A stretch of DNA of 64,000 nucleotides, taken from assembly GCA_043228905.1 (NCBI GenBank), contig JBHGNT010000018.1:13888001-13952000 (forward strand). The letters run 5' to 3'. This DNA is from Azolla caroliniana. Its lineage: Eukaryota > Plantae > Polypodiophyta. A model generated the notes under the pieces. That model had not been told where the DNA came from and searched no databases. It saw only the letters and a program-made list of their open reading frames with translations. Of the stretch, positions 11,782 through 23,483 are shown one piece after another (the stretch's first letter is position 1; each line of letters begins with the position of its first letter). Made by a program: the position numbers and the translations under genes.

Positions 11782-14700
11782 TCAATCGACAAACGCTTTA
11801 CGCCGTCGTTGTTCCTCTTCCAACACAGCCATGCTGTGGACGCGTTTTTCCCCTAGTTCGAGGAGTTGGTAGAGCCGTTCCTCCTCTAACTTGGCTTCTG
11901 ATAATCGGTTCCGTACCTGAATGCGCAAACTAGGTACCCGAAATTCAACCGACATCACCGCTTCTAGTCCAAACGCTAGCCGGAACGGTGTTAACTGTAT
12001 GCTTGTTTTGTAACTAGTTCTGTACGCCCATAACGCACTCTGGAGTTTGGTATCCCAGTCCGTTCTATTTTCATTGACGGTTTTCTTCAAAATGGTCTGT
12101 AAAGTTTTGTTCATGGATTCCGCTAATCCATTCGCCTACGAGTAGTATGGCGTGCTCTTCTTGTGGACTACTGCGTAATGCTGTGTTAGTTCCCGAACCA
12201 CCGTATTGAGAAAGAGGCTCCCCTGGTCATTGATGAGCTCAATCGGGCAGCCGAACCGGCACCAGATATGCTCGTATAGAAATTTAGCTGTGACGGCCGC
12301 CGTATTTTCCCGTAGTGCCTTTGCTTCTACCCATTTGGTACAGTAATCCGTGGCTACCAATATGTATTTGTTGCTCGTACGGGCTGCTGCTGGTGTGAAG
12401 GGCCCCACAAAATCCAATCCCCACTTTTGGAAGGGGTCCAACGGTAATACGGGCTGGTGTGGCATCCTTGCGTCCTCCGCGGGCTGACCCATCCGCTGGC
12501 ACAAATCACACTTTCTACAATACTCGGATGCATCCTTCTGCGTTGTTGGCCACCATAAGACCGCCTGCCATATTTTGCGGGCTGTCACGTTGCCCGCGTA
12601 ATGGCCGCCGGCCGTGCCGCAATGTGCCTCCCGTAAAACTGCTTCTTTTTCATCCTGACGGACTCCACGTCGCCAAATGCCATCACTCCCTTTGTGATAT
12701 AAATTCCCTTCGACCAGGCAGAAGTGACGGCTTCAGACGGCTAGTCGTTTCTTCTTGTCTGTGCGTAATTGTGGTGGAGGTAGTCCTGTAGTTAAAAAGT
12801 ACGTCATTTCCATAAGCCATCGATCCGGAAAGGTGGATTCAGTTTTTTCTGCAAATGTTGCTACTTGCCAGATGTCGACGTCCGGAAAATCGTCGTCGTC
12901 TTTCTGTATTGTTTCTCCATTCTCAAGTCTGCTCAAAAAATCCGCCATTGCGTGTTGCGTCCTTAGCCGATGCTGAATTACAAACTCGAATTCTTGGAGC
13001 AGCAGCATCCACCGTGCCAATTTCCCTGTCAGGGCTTGTTTCTCCACCAAATACAATAATGCCGAATGATCCACGTGGAACGTGAATTTCCGTCCTAGTA
13101 AATAATGTCGGAATTTATTGATGCTATAGATCATCCCTAGCGCCTCCCGCTCTGTTGTGGAATAGTTATGCTCTGCTGCTGTCAATTTGCGACTTGCGTA
13201 GTATACTCGCCTGTACCAGTTTGGTTCGGTGAGTTGCATTAGCGCGCTTCCTATTGCTATGTCCGAGGCGTCGACGAACACGTGGAATGGCTTCGCCCAA
13301 ACTTGAGGTTGTACGACGAGGGCCTGTGTGAGCATTATCTTAAGTGCCTCATAGGCCTTATCCTCTGTTGCAGTCCATTAGAAAGGAGTCCGATGTACGG
13401 CAATGTGTAGTGGCATGGCGAAGTCCACCAAATACCGTATCATCCGACTATGCCACCGTATTTGGCCTAGAAACCGGCTAAGTGATTTGGCATTTGTTGG
13501 AGTTTTAGCTTGCGTAATAGCGGAGATCTTGTTTGGGTCGACCGCTATTCCTTCCTTGCTGACAATGTGGCCTAGGAGAGTCCCGCTGGTCATGCCGAAG
13601 GCACATTTTGCGGGGTTTAGGCTTAAGCGTGCGGTGCGGCAACGTTCCAGGCACAGACGTAAGTGCGAGAAGTGGTCTTTTGTTCGCCCATATACTGCAA
13701 AATCGTCTAAAAAGACTTGCATGAACGCCGGAATGTATTCCCCAAAGATCTCCGTAATCGTTCATTGGAATGTTGCCGGCACTGTCTTTAGCCCCAACAT
13801 CATGACGACCGCCACATATACTCCCCAGTCCGTGACAAATGTTGTCTTCTCTTGGTCCTCAGGGTGCATGCGTACTTGGTTATAGCCACTAAAGCCATCT
13901 AAGAAATTGTACATCTCATGGCCTGCGACGACGTCCAACACGCTATCGGTGAAGGGTAAGGGAAATGCGTCCGTAATGGTTACGGCGTTTAATTTCCGGT
14001 AATCCACGCATACCCGTATTTTGCCGTTTTTCTTTGGGACAACCACTATCGGGCTAAGCCATGTCGCTTGTTTCACTGGCCGTATGAACCCCGCCCTCAG
14101 TAGCTTGTCAATTTCTTCTTTCAAGCGGGTCACGTAATTGGGGTTCATGCGGTAGCGACGTTGTTGGACAGGTTTCGCGTCCGTTGCTAAATTGATCTTA
14201 TGGTGATAGAACTTGGGATCTAACCCCTTCATGTCCTCGTGAGCCCACGCGAACACATCTTTATATTCCGTGAGTAGTGCGATCATTGTGGTTCTCTGGT
14301 CCGGCCTCAATTCCTTTGCTATGGAGAGGAACCGGGGTTCCGATCCCATACCCACATTCACTTCGTCGAGAGCGGAAGCGGTGACTCGTCGTGAAATCTC
14401 CATTTCCCTTTCGAAGGCCGCCCGTGCTCTACTGAGTTCCAATATGGACTCTGGGTTTGGTTCATACGGCTCTTCGCTCGGAACAATGGCTATAGTATAT
14501 TCTGCCGCAGTTGCGATGACATCTATCTCGAACAACAGAATAATCCGAGGATGTTCGTCAAGGTACGCTTCCAATTCGGCATCCTCCACCCCAGCCAGCA
14601 TATTGATGTCTTCCGCATACAACAATGTTATCCCCTTAGGTTGTGGCGTGTTGCCTTCTGTAGGTACACGAACCTTGATGCGTCCATGCCGGAAACTGAT

Positions 14701-16926
14701 ACACTCGTGTTGCCAGCTCTGCTTGATATTTGTTGTTCGAAGCCATGGTCTGCCCAGAAGCACTAGGTACACTCCTGGGGCATCCAAAGCGAGGACGACC
14801 GCCGATATGTCTAAGCGGTGTCCACCCACGATGATGCCTATTTTGCGAATTAGCCCCAACGGTCGCACTGATCGGGTATCTGCCATGCGAAGCCAGAATG
14901 GACACGCCTCCCATTTGGAAATGCCCAACTGTTCGCAAGTTTTCGCGCTAATCACATTGACGCCTGAGCCGCCGTCGATTACACATCCAGGAACTTCCTG
15001 TCCGTGCAATATTACTGTAATGGCCGGGTTGTGCTGATCCACCACTGGTGGTCCCTCGTTGACGTCAGTCAGGTTTGTGGCAATGCTTGCCCCGGTCATG
15101 CCCGCCACCTGTGCTTCCATGGTCTGGTGGAAACGTGGAACTAGCTGTAGCAGTTTTTCCATAGTTAGCGTGATTTCACAGCCCGCTAACACCTGCCAAA
15201 TGGGGTCCGACCCTGGTTTTTCGTTCTCTGTTCGCTTCATTGGTCGCGTTCCGTATTGGTCGCGTTTGCCTCATACGTTCCGTATTGGTCGCGTTTGCTT
15301 TTTCCACCCAGGCTTGGGCTTGTCGTCGTACCTCGTCCTGCGCAGCCCAATCCGTTGTTTTCGTTTGCTAGCGTGTTGTGACTTGTTGCACCTCTGCCGT
15401 AATCGTGTTGACGGCGGGCCCCTTTCCCTTGCGTGCTGGGCATTGCGTGGCATAGTGTTCGGGTTGCTGACAAATAAAACAATGGATGCTTGATTCTCCC
15501 TTCTCAGCCCCAGGTGGAGTGTGCCGTTCTCCAGGCGCTACTTGCTCGTCGCGGTCCGGCCTCGTTTGTCGGGACGTACGCGGTGGCTGTTGTTGGTCCC
15601 GTCGTTGTTCCTGGTGCCGCTCATCCCCTGAGCTTTCGTCGTAACGCCGATGATCCCTATATTGTTGAGGCTTACCCCGATAGCCATTGAAGCCGCCCCG
15701 TTTGTTTGTCGGGCGTTGATGTTCGTATCGCCGACCCCCTTTGGCGTAACTCGGATGTCCACGATAATCCTCGTCCTCCGGGTCCTCCTTCTCGGACTTG
15801 TTGTGATTCCGGCGATTCCGGTTGTACCTGTCCTCCCGCGGGTTGCGATCCTTATACCGGGGTTGGTCTTCTTGCCTCCTTTGTTCCGCCCGGTGCGGGT
15901 GCCGCTGTGTGTCCATGCTGCGGACTGCGGGCGTGGCTCTGTTTAACATATTGTATTGGCATTGGTCGACTGTGTGAACCTTCGAGTGGCAGATTGGGCA
16001 GTGGATTCGCATATTGCACTCCACCGCGGAATGCCCCGAGTTCAAGCAAATCGTGCACTGGATTGCTTACGAAATTGGCGTTCCTCATCCTGAGGTAACG
16101 CTTGTCGTAAGGATGACATCGAAAACCTCTCCTCCTCGTCATCCAACTAGAGCTGTAACGCTCGTTCAATCACCATATCCGTTGTTTCCCCTTTCACGCT
16201 ATTGCTGTTGAGCGTTGCCCGGATGGGCCGGCGTAACGCTGCCAGAAATGTCTCCCGAGCCTCCTCCTCCGCGGGGCTTCGATCTAGTTTCCGTCGTAAA
16301 TTTTGGAACCGTAAGCTGAAGTCTGCTATTGTCTCGGTCAGTAGTTGCTTAACTGTATAAAACTGCCCGAGAATCTCGCGTTGTGGAACCCTCCGGTGGA
16401 AGAAACGCAAGAAGGCGGACTGCAGCTGATTGAAGGTTGTTATGGCTGGTAAATCCATCTGTGAATGTCAGAACGCCGCACACCCATCTAATGTTAATCC
16501 GAACTCCGTCATTTTCGACTGGTGTGCCACCGTCTCGGAAAGGTTTTGCGCCATGTGGTTCACATTCCAAACGTTCAAGAACATGCGAATATGAGTTGCG
16601 GCGTCGGTTTCGCCGTTAAAGCGGGGGTAGGCAAAGGCCATCGTGGGAGCTATGGCGGATCGGAAAAGGTCACCGGGTGGCTGTAGTAAGCGTGGTCCCC
16701 TCGCCTCGTTGAGGTATTTGGGGAGCAAGGAATCCCCTTTGCACTCCTGGTAGGTATTACTGAGGTCGCCAATGCGCGGCTTTTGCCGAGCGCGTTCTTC
16801 TGCCTGGCGTGTGACGGACATTGTTATTGGCCGGTCTTGTCTTGTTGGCTCTCTGGGTCGTCTGCGACTAAACATCCATTCGTTGTTGCTCGTCTGTGAG
16901 GAAACACAGATCACCAAGCGTGCCAA
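11782..16926 (-). pseudogene. Gypsy B gag-pol (gag, three CCHC knuckles, PR, RT, RNase H, INT), broken by stops
   Basis: Motifs include YPRFNGET, VIDGGSG, LDGFSGYNQV, FLDD, VDASDIAIG, YSTTEREAL, KWGLDFVGP and ALWAYRT. Confidence 0.93.
16912..16925 (-). promoter_or_regulatory. Canonical-position PBS of element B (tRNA-Arg type)
   Basis: Minus-strand TGGCACGCTTGGTG lies 4 nt inside the 5' LTR. It can pair over 14 nt (2 G:U) with a tRNA end CACCGGGCGUGCCA. Confidence 0.75.
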
Positions 16927-16929
16927 AAG

Positions 16930-17368
16930 TGTTGCCTCTTAGGAACACGGTCTGTGGTCAGTCCTTCGACCTAGACCCCAAGGTGAATATGGAACAACAA
17001 ACAGAGCTTAAGCGTACTGCGTAAGGAGAGAACCTCTGTGATTCCTCCGTGTGTACGGGGAGACGGCTACAGCCGACTCCTTATCACAGGTTGCACTTAC
17101 GTACTACAACGCTTACGTATTTGAGACACAGACACTGAATTAGTCACAGCTATACACAGAAACTCAGAGAATATAGTATTTTATTATCAGGCGTTCTTTT
17201 ACATTTCCCAAAAATTACACGCACCTCCTTAAGAGGTTTTCTGCCCTTTATATATGCAGGGTCTAATTAGCCGTTCACGCTTCCCGCGTGAACCGTTACA
17301 TACGCTACGCTTATATAGTTTCTTATTCCTACGCTTTTGGCCGTCGGTTACTATTGCGGCGGACAACA
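16930..17368 (-). repeat. 5' LTR of element B
   Basis: Copy of 2741-3179, flanked by the TSD CGCCT. Confidence 0.95.
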
Positions 17369-17373
17369 CGCCT

Positions 17374-19666
17374 CCACGCGCCACTGATCTCTTCGTCTGG
17401 GCCCAAGGCTCCACATGCCTTCAAGCGCCCTTCGACCCGCTTCCTTTCCCGGTCACTGATGCCGGTTATGGTATAACCTCCCCTCTGTTAACTGAGGGCC
17501 AAAATTTTCTACTCATGGTACAGGTGTGGGGTTTCTTCCGGTTGTCTGGACTATCGCGGCCCCACGCCTTGATAGTCCTCTCTAAAGATCCTCTCGGCCT
17601 TCGCTGTAGAGAGAGTCCCAATTCCACTCGTGGTTCAGCCGGACTGTCAAGAACTAGACGGAGTGCCGACCGTCTTGGATTTTCACCCGTGCATAAGCCG
17701 AACCGTTATCCAACACCTTTCTTTCCATCCGGACCGCCGTGATGTAGGGCTCCCCGAGAATCACAAGATGGGAGGATTTATCTTGTACGAAAAAGTGTTG
17801 GTCGATCTCCACATCACTGACCTTCACTCGGACATTCAGGCACGCACCGTGAAGCTCCTCAGTCGCGCGGGTCGCTGCGCATATCTTCTAGCCATGCTTC
17901 GTGTTGATCGGCCATTTTTCCTTCTTGTAGAAGTCCATTGACATCAGATTGATCTCCGACCCATGGTCGATTAGCGCTACTACCGGCTCCTTCACTTCCC
18001 CGATTCAGTTCGAGGTCTCCGTTGTCACTCTTGCCCAGTGCGGCTTCATGAAGTGGTTATCTAGAAACTCTTCATCCATCGCCACCTCTTCAATGTGTGG
18101 CGCCTTCACTTCGACCGGCTTTTCAGTCTCCAACTCCATTGACAACCTTTTCCTTTTTACCAAATCGATGATGCTGTCGTGGAACTCCTTCTCTATCCCC
18201 AACACTTCCTGCAACATGAGTTCCGCGCGACTGTCGAGGATCTGCTCCTCGAAGACCTTCCGAAGGTATGTCTTCTTCTCGATCTCCGAGCTTAACCGGA
18301 AGCTCGGGAACTTAGCCCTTTCCTATGGGCCGGTTGGGCCACCGTCATTTTTCTTCGGACCACTCCGAGTCTCATACCGGTTCGAAGGTTCGGCCCCTCC
18401 AGCCACTTGTCTTCCACCAGAACCTTGTAGTTTTGGCACACGGTTTCCACGAAGCCGATTTTCTCTTCAACCGGATCATTCCATCTGGTGCCCTCCTGGA
18501 CCCGCCTTTCCGCATGGTCCAACCCTTCCTTCCTTAGCCTCACCCCCGACAAGCCTTCTAGCACAAGCGGTTAGAATCCAGTATTGCTTCCGGATTCGAT
18601 GCCTTTCTCTCCACCTACTCGGATCCCCGCTGACACCGAGTAGTGAATGGCCTCAACGTTCCAAGCCGCGGCTTCCTCCATCATCCTCTTCATGCCGCCT
18701 TGTCTGGTGTTCACCTCGAGGGGCCTTCGCGTGTCACACTTGTGTACCCATCCATTCCAGAGTTACACAACATTGTTCTTGAGTGCTTGGGCGAAATCGG
18801 TGCACTCTCTCCGGATATGGTCAACGACATCGCACCACATGCATTGTTGGTCAATCGGAGGCCCCCGGTCATGTGACTGTCCCCCGCCATCTCTCTGGGC
18901 TCCTCTAGAGCTACGCCCCTGGATGGGCCCTTGGCCACGTCGGTCGAACCCGTGCTCGACTCGAGCCACCTTCATGTTTCCTCCGACTGTGATGGAATCG
19001 GTTTCTCTGGCTTCTTCCTGGCAGCTAGGTCTATCACCGACGGCCCCGCGTCATTCCATTCATGTCGTTTGTCGAAACGGCTACATACCCTTTTTACCAT
19101 GGCCCAATCGGTTGTGAGCCCTTCATTTGTCTCCAATAGGAGACCTACCTTTTCCCAGTCAAGTGGATCGACTGACTTGATAAATAACAGGACCTTGCTC
19201 GTATAAGCACGGTCCAGTCCAATTCCAAAAGACGCGCAAAGCGCTTCTCAAACTCCAGGAGAAGCATTGATGTGTTCCGGCCTTTGCCGAGGAGCTCGAC
19301 CCACTCCGTAAATGCCCTTTTTGATAACCGGAGTGAGTCATCGAAGCCCTACGTCTCGAGAAGTTGCCCCTTGAGCTCCGACCAGTTCCGACAATCGGCC
19401 GGAATCTCGAGCACCTCTGTGTGGATGCTCAACGTCACTACTCGCGGAAACTTGGACAACCGTCTATCCTCCGGTATATCCCGCATTATCATTTCGACCC
19501 GGTAGGCCTCGAGGTAGCTGGCCACGTCCTTTCTATTTAATTGGTCTGTCATGCTGACTATCGTCTCTGTGGCCCTGTTAAGGCCACCTACGCCCTCCCG
19601 CACATTTACTATCTGGTCGACATCCGCCGCCATCGCCTCTACTAGTTCGCTTCCTCGCATCTTCAA
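17374..19666 (-). pseudogene. Gypsy A gag and protease remnants
   Basis: Motifs include DVASYLEAYRVEM, CMWCDVVDHIRREC and PVVALIDHGSEI. Confidence 0.85.
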
Positions 19667-19684
19667 ACTCCTCTACCTCCCCTT

Positions 19685-19702
19685 TTCACACCGGGTTCAC
19701 CA
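19685..19702 (-). promoter_or_regulatory. PBS, tRNA-Trp
   Basis: The plus strand reads TTCACACCGGGTTCACCA, against the plant tRNA-Trp 3' end TTCACGTCGGGTTCACCA. Confidence 0.8.
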
Positions 19703-19706
19703 AAGA

Positions 19707-20574
19707 TATCGCGGATATCCGCGGGTTTGTGTTCAAACGGGACGGGACCATCGGGGTCTCGGACCAAGGAGTCGGTAAGAGGGAATTAGAAAGGGGAGAA
19801 GGAAGAATGTCCGGCTCGGGTTCCGGAAAACCCCGTCGGATTGTCTCCGGACATGTTTCCGATCTGGATCAGTTCCCGGATGCAGGACGACGAGCGCATA
19901 GGCTCAAAGATGTATACTGCTCCGGATAAGCACGGAGCTCGACGGACGAGCACCCGGGCTCATGCACAACGAACCCAAGACAAACAGACACAATGAGGGA
20001 ACGCTCGAACACAAGGATAAAATCAGCAAAATAATGATAATCAGAGGAAAAGCAGGATAGATTACAACCCGACATGGCCAGCGACAGAGCCTGAGCTCTA
20101 CTCACACACAAGCAAAATGACGGCCTCTAGTCGGGAGCACACAGGCTTCCTACGCGAGCAGAGGACCACACCTTCTCCCTGAAATCAGAACAAAATAGAA
20201 AGCGGAGGTAACGACAAAGCTCGGCACTCAAATTGACAGCACTTCATCCTCCAATCGATGGATCCCCAAAATAGTTCAAAACCTCCCCTTTTATAGCACA
20301 AAATGGGGGGGGGGGGGGGGTTTACATCGCTCATAAGGACAACCGATTTCTATTAGAGATTTTCTCCTCGATTTCCTCCTATCCACTACTCTCTGCTTCC
20401 CTATATGTGTGGGACATTAAAGTACCCAACAAAATCCTACTCCCTAGTACTTACTAGTTCTATGTTATTTACACATGTTTTGTACTTAAAGACAACTCTT
20501 AGTGCATTCGTGCAAGCCGTCGTTCCCACGCTCTCTGGATCCGTTTCCCCTGGTAGCCAGAATTCCCCACGACA
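19707..20574 (-). repeat. 5' LTR of gypsy A
   Basis: It follows the PBS, ends in CCACGACA against LINE sequence, and is similar at both ends to 26175-26963. Confidence 0.8.
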
Positions 20575-21440
20575 ACGTGTGAAGGTGAGTAGCGACTCTT
20601 GATGTTCAAGAACTTTACCAATGAATGTGGCAATCGAGAGTGCACATTGTGGTTGTGAGAGAAATTTGTGCAAGGATTGGGCTTGGTCGAAGATATGTGG
20701 GCATCAAACACACCTGGACATTTGTTCATATAGTTTGTAGATGGCCCAAACCATGTCATTTGGTATCCTCAAGCTTTTAAGCCTATAAAACAACTACTCT
20801 TTGGGGACCGTGTCAAAGGCTTTGCGGAATTCCACAAAACAACAATATAATTTCTTCTTGCAAGCCTTACTCTGGTCAATTAAGCATCTAAGTGTGATGA
20901 TATGATCAATAGTGGTGAAGGCTCATCTAAAGCCAACCTGTCCAGGTGTACGAAGATTTAAGGTCTCCATATAGTTGTTAAGCTCTGCCTCCATTACTGC
21001 ACCATATAATTTAGCAAGGGTATGACCTATCATAATGGTCCTATATGACCTTCGTGACCCTAGAGGTCGTGAAGAGTGTCCCCACGGAAGGTTGGGGTGT
21101 AGAAGGCATTGGAATGGGTGGTTGGTTTGGGATTTGGTAAAGTCTCTCTGTATATGTGTGCCAGGTTTCAGGATCTTTGATGGGTGTTTGTGGTCTTGGT
21201 TCCCGTAATCTCTTCCATGTAGTGGCGCAATCGCTACTCATGAACATATGGTAGAGTTCCCAATATTGGGATGCCTCCCATGCTGGTCTCTTATGACGTG
21301 TCATCTTGCGCATTTCTTTTCGAGCTTGTATTGAGGTAATACTACCACTGAGCTGCGATATTGTAAGTTTTCTATGTAAGTACCTACAATCCTCATCATA
21401 GCATCTATTTTGTGGTTTAGATCCTAATCTACCTTGGTTG
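20575..21440 (-). mobile_element. Internally deleted LINE remnant (RT and 3' end)
   Basis: CCFVDFRKAFDTVP is encoded at about 20800-20850. The segment 20575-20720 matches the LINE 3' region at about 45317-45460. Confidence 0.8.
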
Positions 21441-21499
21441 GAGTGTTTCCCTAAACCCTAAACCCTTCGTATTGGAGAGAGAGAGAGAGAGAGGGCCTA

Positions 21500-21570
21500 G
21501 ATGCATGTAGCTCAGTTGGTAAGGTTGTCCAATGGAGACCAGGAAGTCATGGGTTCAACTCCTACATTTC
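21500..21570 (+). other. tRNA-derived (SINE-head-like) sequence
   Basis: It has an A box TAGCTCAGTTGG (21508-21519) and a B box GGGTTCAACTCC (21551-21562) at tRNA spacing, but poor stems. Confidence 0.55.
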
Positions 21571-21759
21571 ATAGTGGCATCTAGTAAATTAAGAGATATA
21601 TATATGAAGTAATAGAGAGGTGAGAGATTAGGTTTCGAACCCAATTAGACATAACACTAATAGTGTAACAACTTGCCACTAATTATGATAGAGAGATAGA
21701 AGTTGTGGATTTCTTTTTGAACATCGAAGGCAAACGGATTGCAAATGTGTGTGGAGGGG

Positions 21760-22510
21760 GCAACAACCAAAGTTGCAAATCCACCTTGGGCTCTCTTAGT
21801 TTTATGACTTTGATGCTATCACTACTCCATTGAGTCTCTTGGATGGCTATCATCTAAGGCTAAAGAAGAATGGAAAATACACAAATCTAATCATGGGTGG
21901 TGGCAGATCTTAAAACGTAGTTGGCATTCTAAATTGCCACTTGTAGCAAAGGCCTTCATTTGGAGAGTTTTGATTGGAGGATTGCCTCTAGGATGAGCTC
22001 TAAAGCGTCGTGGACTAATAACAGGTAATTGCTTCTTTTGCATTGTTCAAATGAAAGATAGTACTCATCATTTTATACAATGTACGATTGCTTGTTAGAT
22101 TTGGAGTTACATTTCTCAAATTTGGCAAGTTTTATCACGGTGTTATTTGACGCCTAGACAGTGGGTGATTGCACAATTTATGTAGGTTGACCCAAAATCA
22201 AAGATAGAGATCATTTTCTTATTTCTCAAATATTAGGGATTGTGGCATAATTGGGATATGCACAATGCTTTTGTATTTGATAGTAGGCATGGACTGAAAG
22301 CATATCTGTGAAAGTTGAAGGGAGTACTAATGTGGCAAATTTCTTTATTGGAGCAAGTGGAAATTTTTTCCTCAATGGAGTGTTCATCTTGCCCATTGGC
22401 AATTCAACATGTTCCACTACCCATGTAGTGTAGTTAGTGGGCGACCATACTCCATTGTGACACCCATTGTAAGTAGTGTTTTTCACACACTTTTATTAAT
22501 ATAATTGTGT
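21760..22510 (+). mobile_element. L1-like LINE 3' remnant (zf-RVT-like domain)
   Basis: Manual translation from about 21950 gives AFIWRVLIGGLPLG*ALKRRGLITGNCFFCIVQMKDSTHHFIQC. Confidence 0.65.
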
Positions 22511-23117
22511 GTTTTCACCAAAGAGAGAGAGAGGTTGTAGGCAAAAAATACATTGCGCAAAACTCCCAAAGTTGCCCCTCGTGTTTATGACCCTAAGAGT
22601 CTAATTGTAGAGAAGATCATGTAGATTGAAGGAGAGAGGTGATATTTAATGTATGAATATTGAGAAAATGATTGAAATACCCTCATATTTTCTTGAATTC
22701 TCAAAATGCCCCCTCTATTTTCATGTTAGAGTACATGACTCTCATTCAATTCTCTTTAGTGTGATTAATACAAGGAGAAAGTTGTGCATATTGATCCGCA
22801 AATTGTTCTTGCTTTGAGGGAGATGTATGAAAATTGAAGGATGATGTCTAAACAACGAGAATTTTACGAAAACATTGTTAGTTTCTAAACAATAATACAA
22901 CTATGTGATGAACCTAAAACATGGGGGTCATTAAACAAACCAAAAACGCAGTGGGGAGAAGAGAGAATAAGAAAAAGAGAGATTCCATTAATATAACTTA
23001 AGCATGACTAAAAAGAACATTAGTTACAAGCTCCTTAGAGCTACTATAATTAAGGAGAGAGGGAGGAGATAGCTTCTAAATTCGAGAATGATAAAAAATG
23101 AGGAGAGACTCCTTATA

Positions 23118-23400
23118 TAGGCCAAGGGTGGTTGTTGGGATCCCTTGGCGTTAGGCCAAGAGGTGGCTTTTGGGCTCCCTTGGGTGTTAGGCCAAGAGGT
23201 GGCTTTTGGTCTCCCATGTGGCTAGTGGTTGGCATTGGGATGTTGTTGTTTTTGTAGCAGGTTTTGGGATTGGGTATTTCCCAAGTTCCAACTTAGATTG
23301 GGACTCATAGTCTCAACCCAAGGGTGGAACCCCTTCTTTGGGATTGGGATTGGGATTGGGACTAGGATTGGAACCACGATTGGGACTGATTCCCTTCTTG
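23118..23400. repeat. Three tandem units of about 35 bp plus GGGATT repeats, probably within an LTR remnant
   Basis: TAGGCCAAG(A)GGTGG recurs at about 23118, 23152 and 23188, and (GGGATT)n lies at about 23340-23360. Confidence 0.65.
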
Positions 23401-23483
23401 AGTCCCAACTACTCACGTATGTGCTCAACATGAGTCGGATCAGCCGATAGTCGAGTCAATTGAGGAGGATTAGCTGGAGACGA

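Larger units (their letters stand above)
2741..17368 (-). mobile_element. Full-length non-chromovirus Ty3/gypsy retrotransposon B with an extra 3' ORF
   Basis: It has 439-bp TG…CA LTRs at both ends and a TSD CGCCT at 2736-2740 and 17369-17373. gag-PR-RT-RH-INT lie on the minus strand. Confidence 0.95.
355..20574 (-). mobile_element. Ty3/gypsy retrotransposon A (degenerate, tRNA-Trp PBS), interrupted by element B
   Basis: On the minus strand the order is LTR, PBS, gag, PR, RT, RH, INT. The sequence rejoins across the B insertion (GAGACCGCCT|CCACG), matching the uninterrupted paralog at about 27600. Confidence 0.9.

Noticed and set aside
14270-15037. 255-aa plus-strand ORF
   Set aside because: It is the antisense shadow of B pol and has no independent motifs.
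2741-17368. Element B being plus-oriented, with its PBS at 3182
   Set aside because: All ORFs and the LTR TATA and poly(A) signals are on the minus strand, and no PPT precedes 16930 either.
17949-18782. 277-aa plus-strand ORF
   Set aside because: It is antisense to the gypsy A gag-PR region.
21500-21575. Functional tRNA gene
   Set aside because: The boxes are present, but the acceptor and anticodon stems do not pair convincingly.
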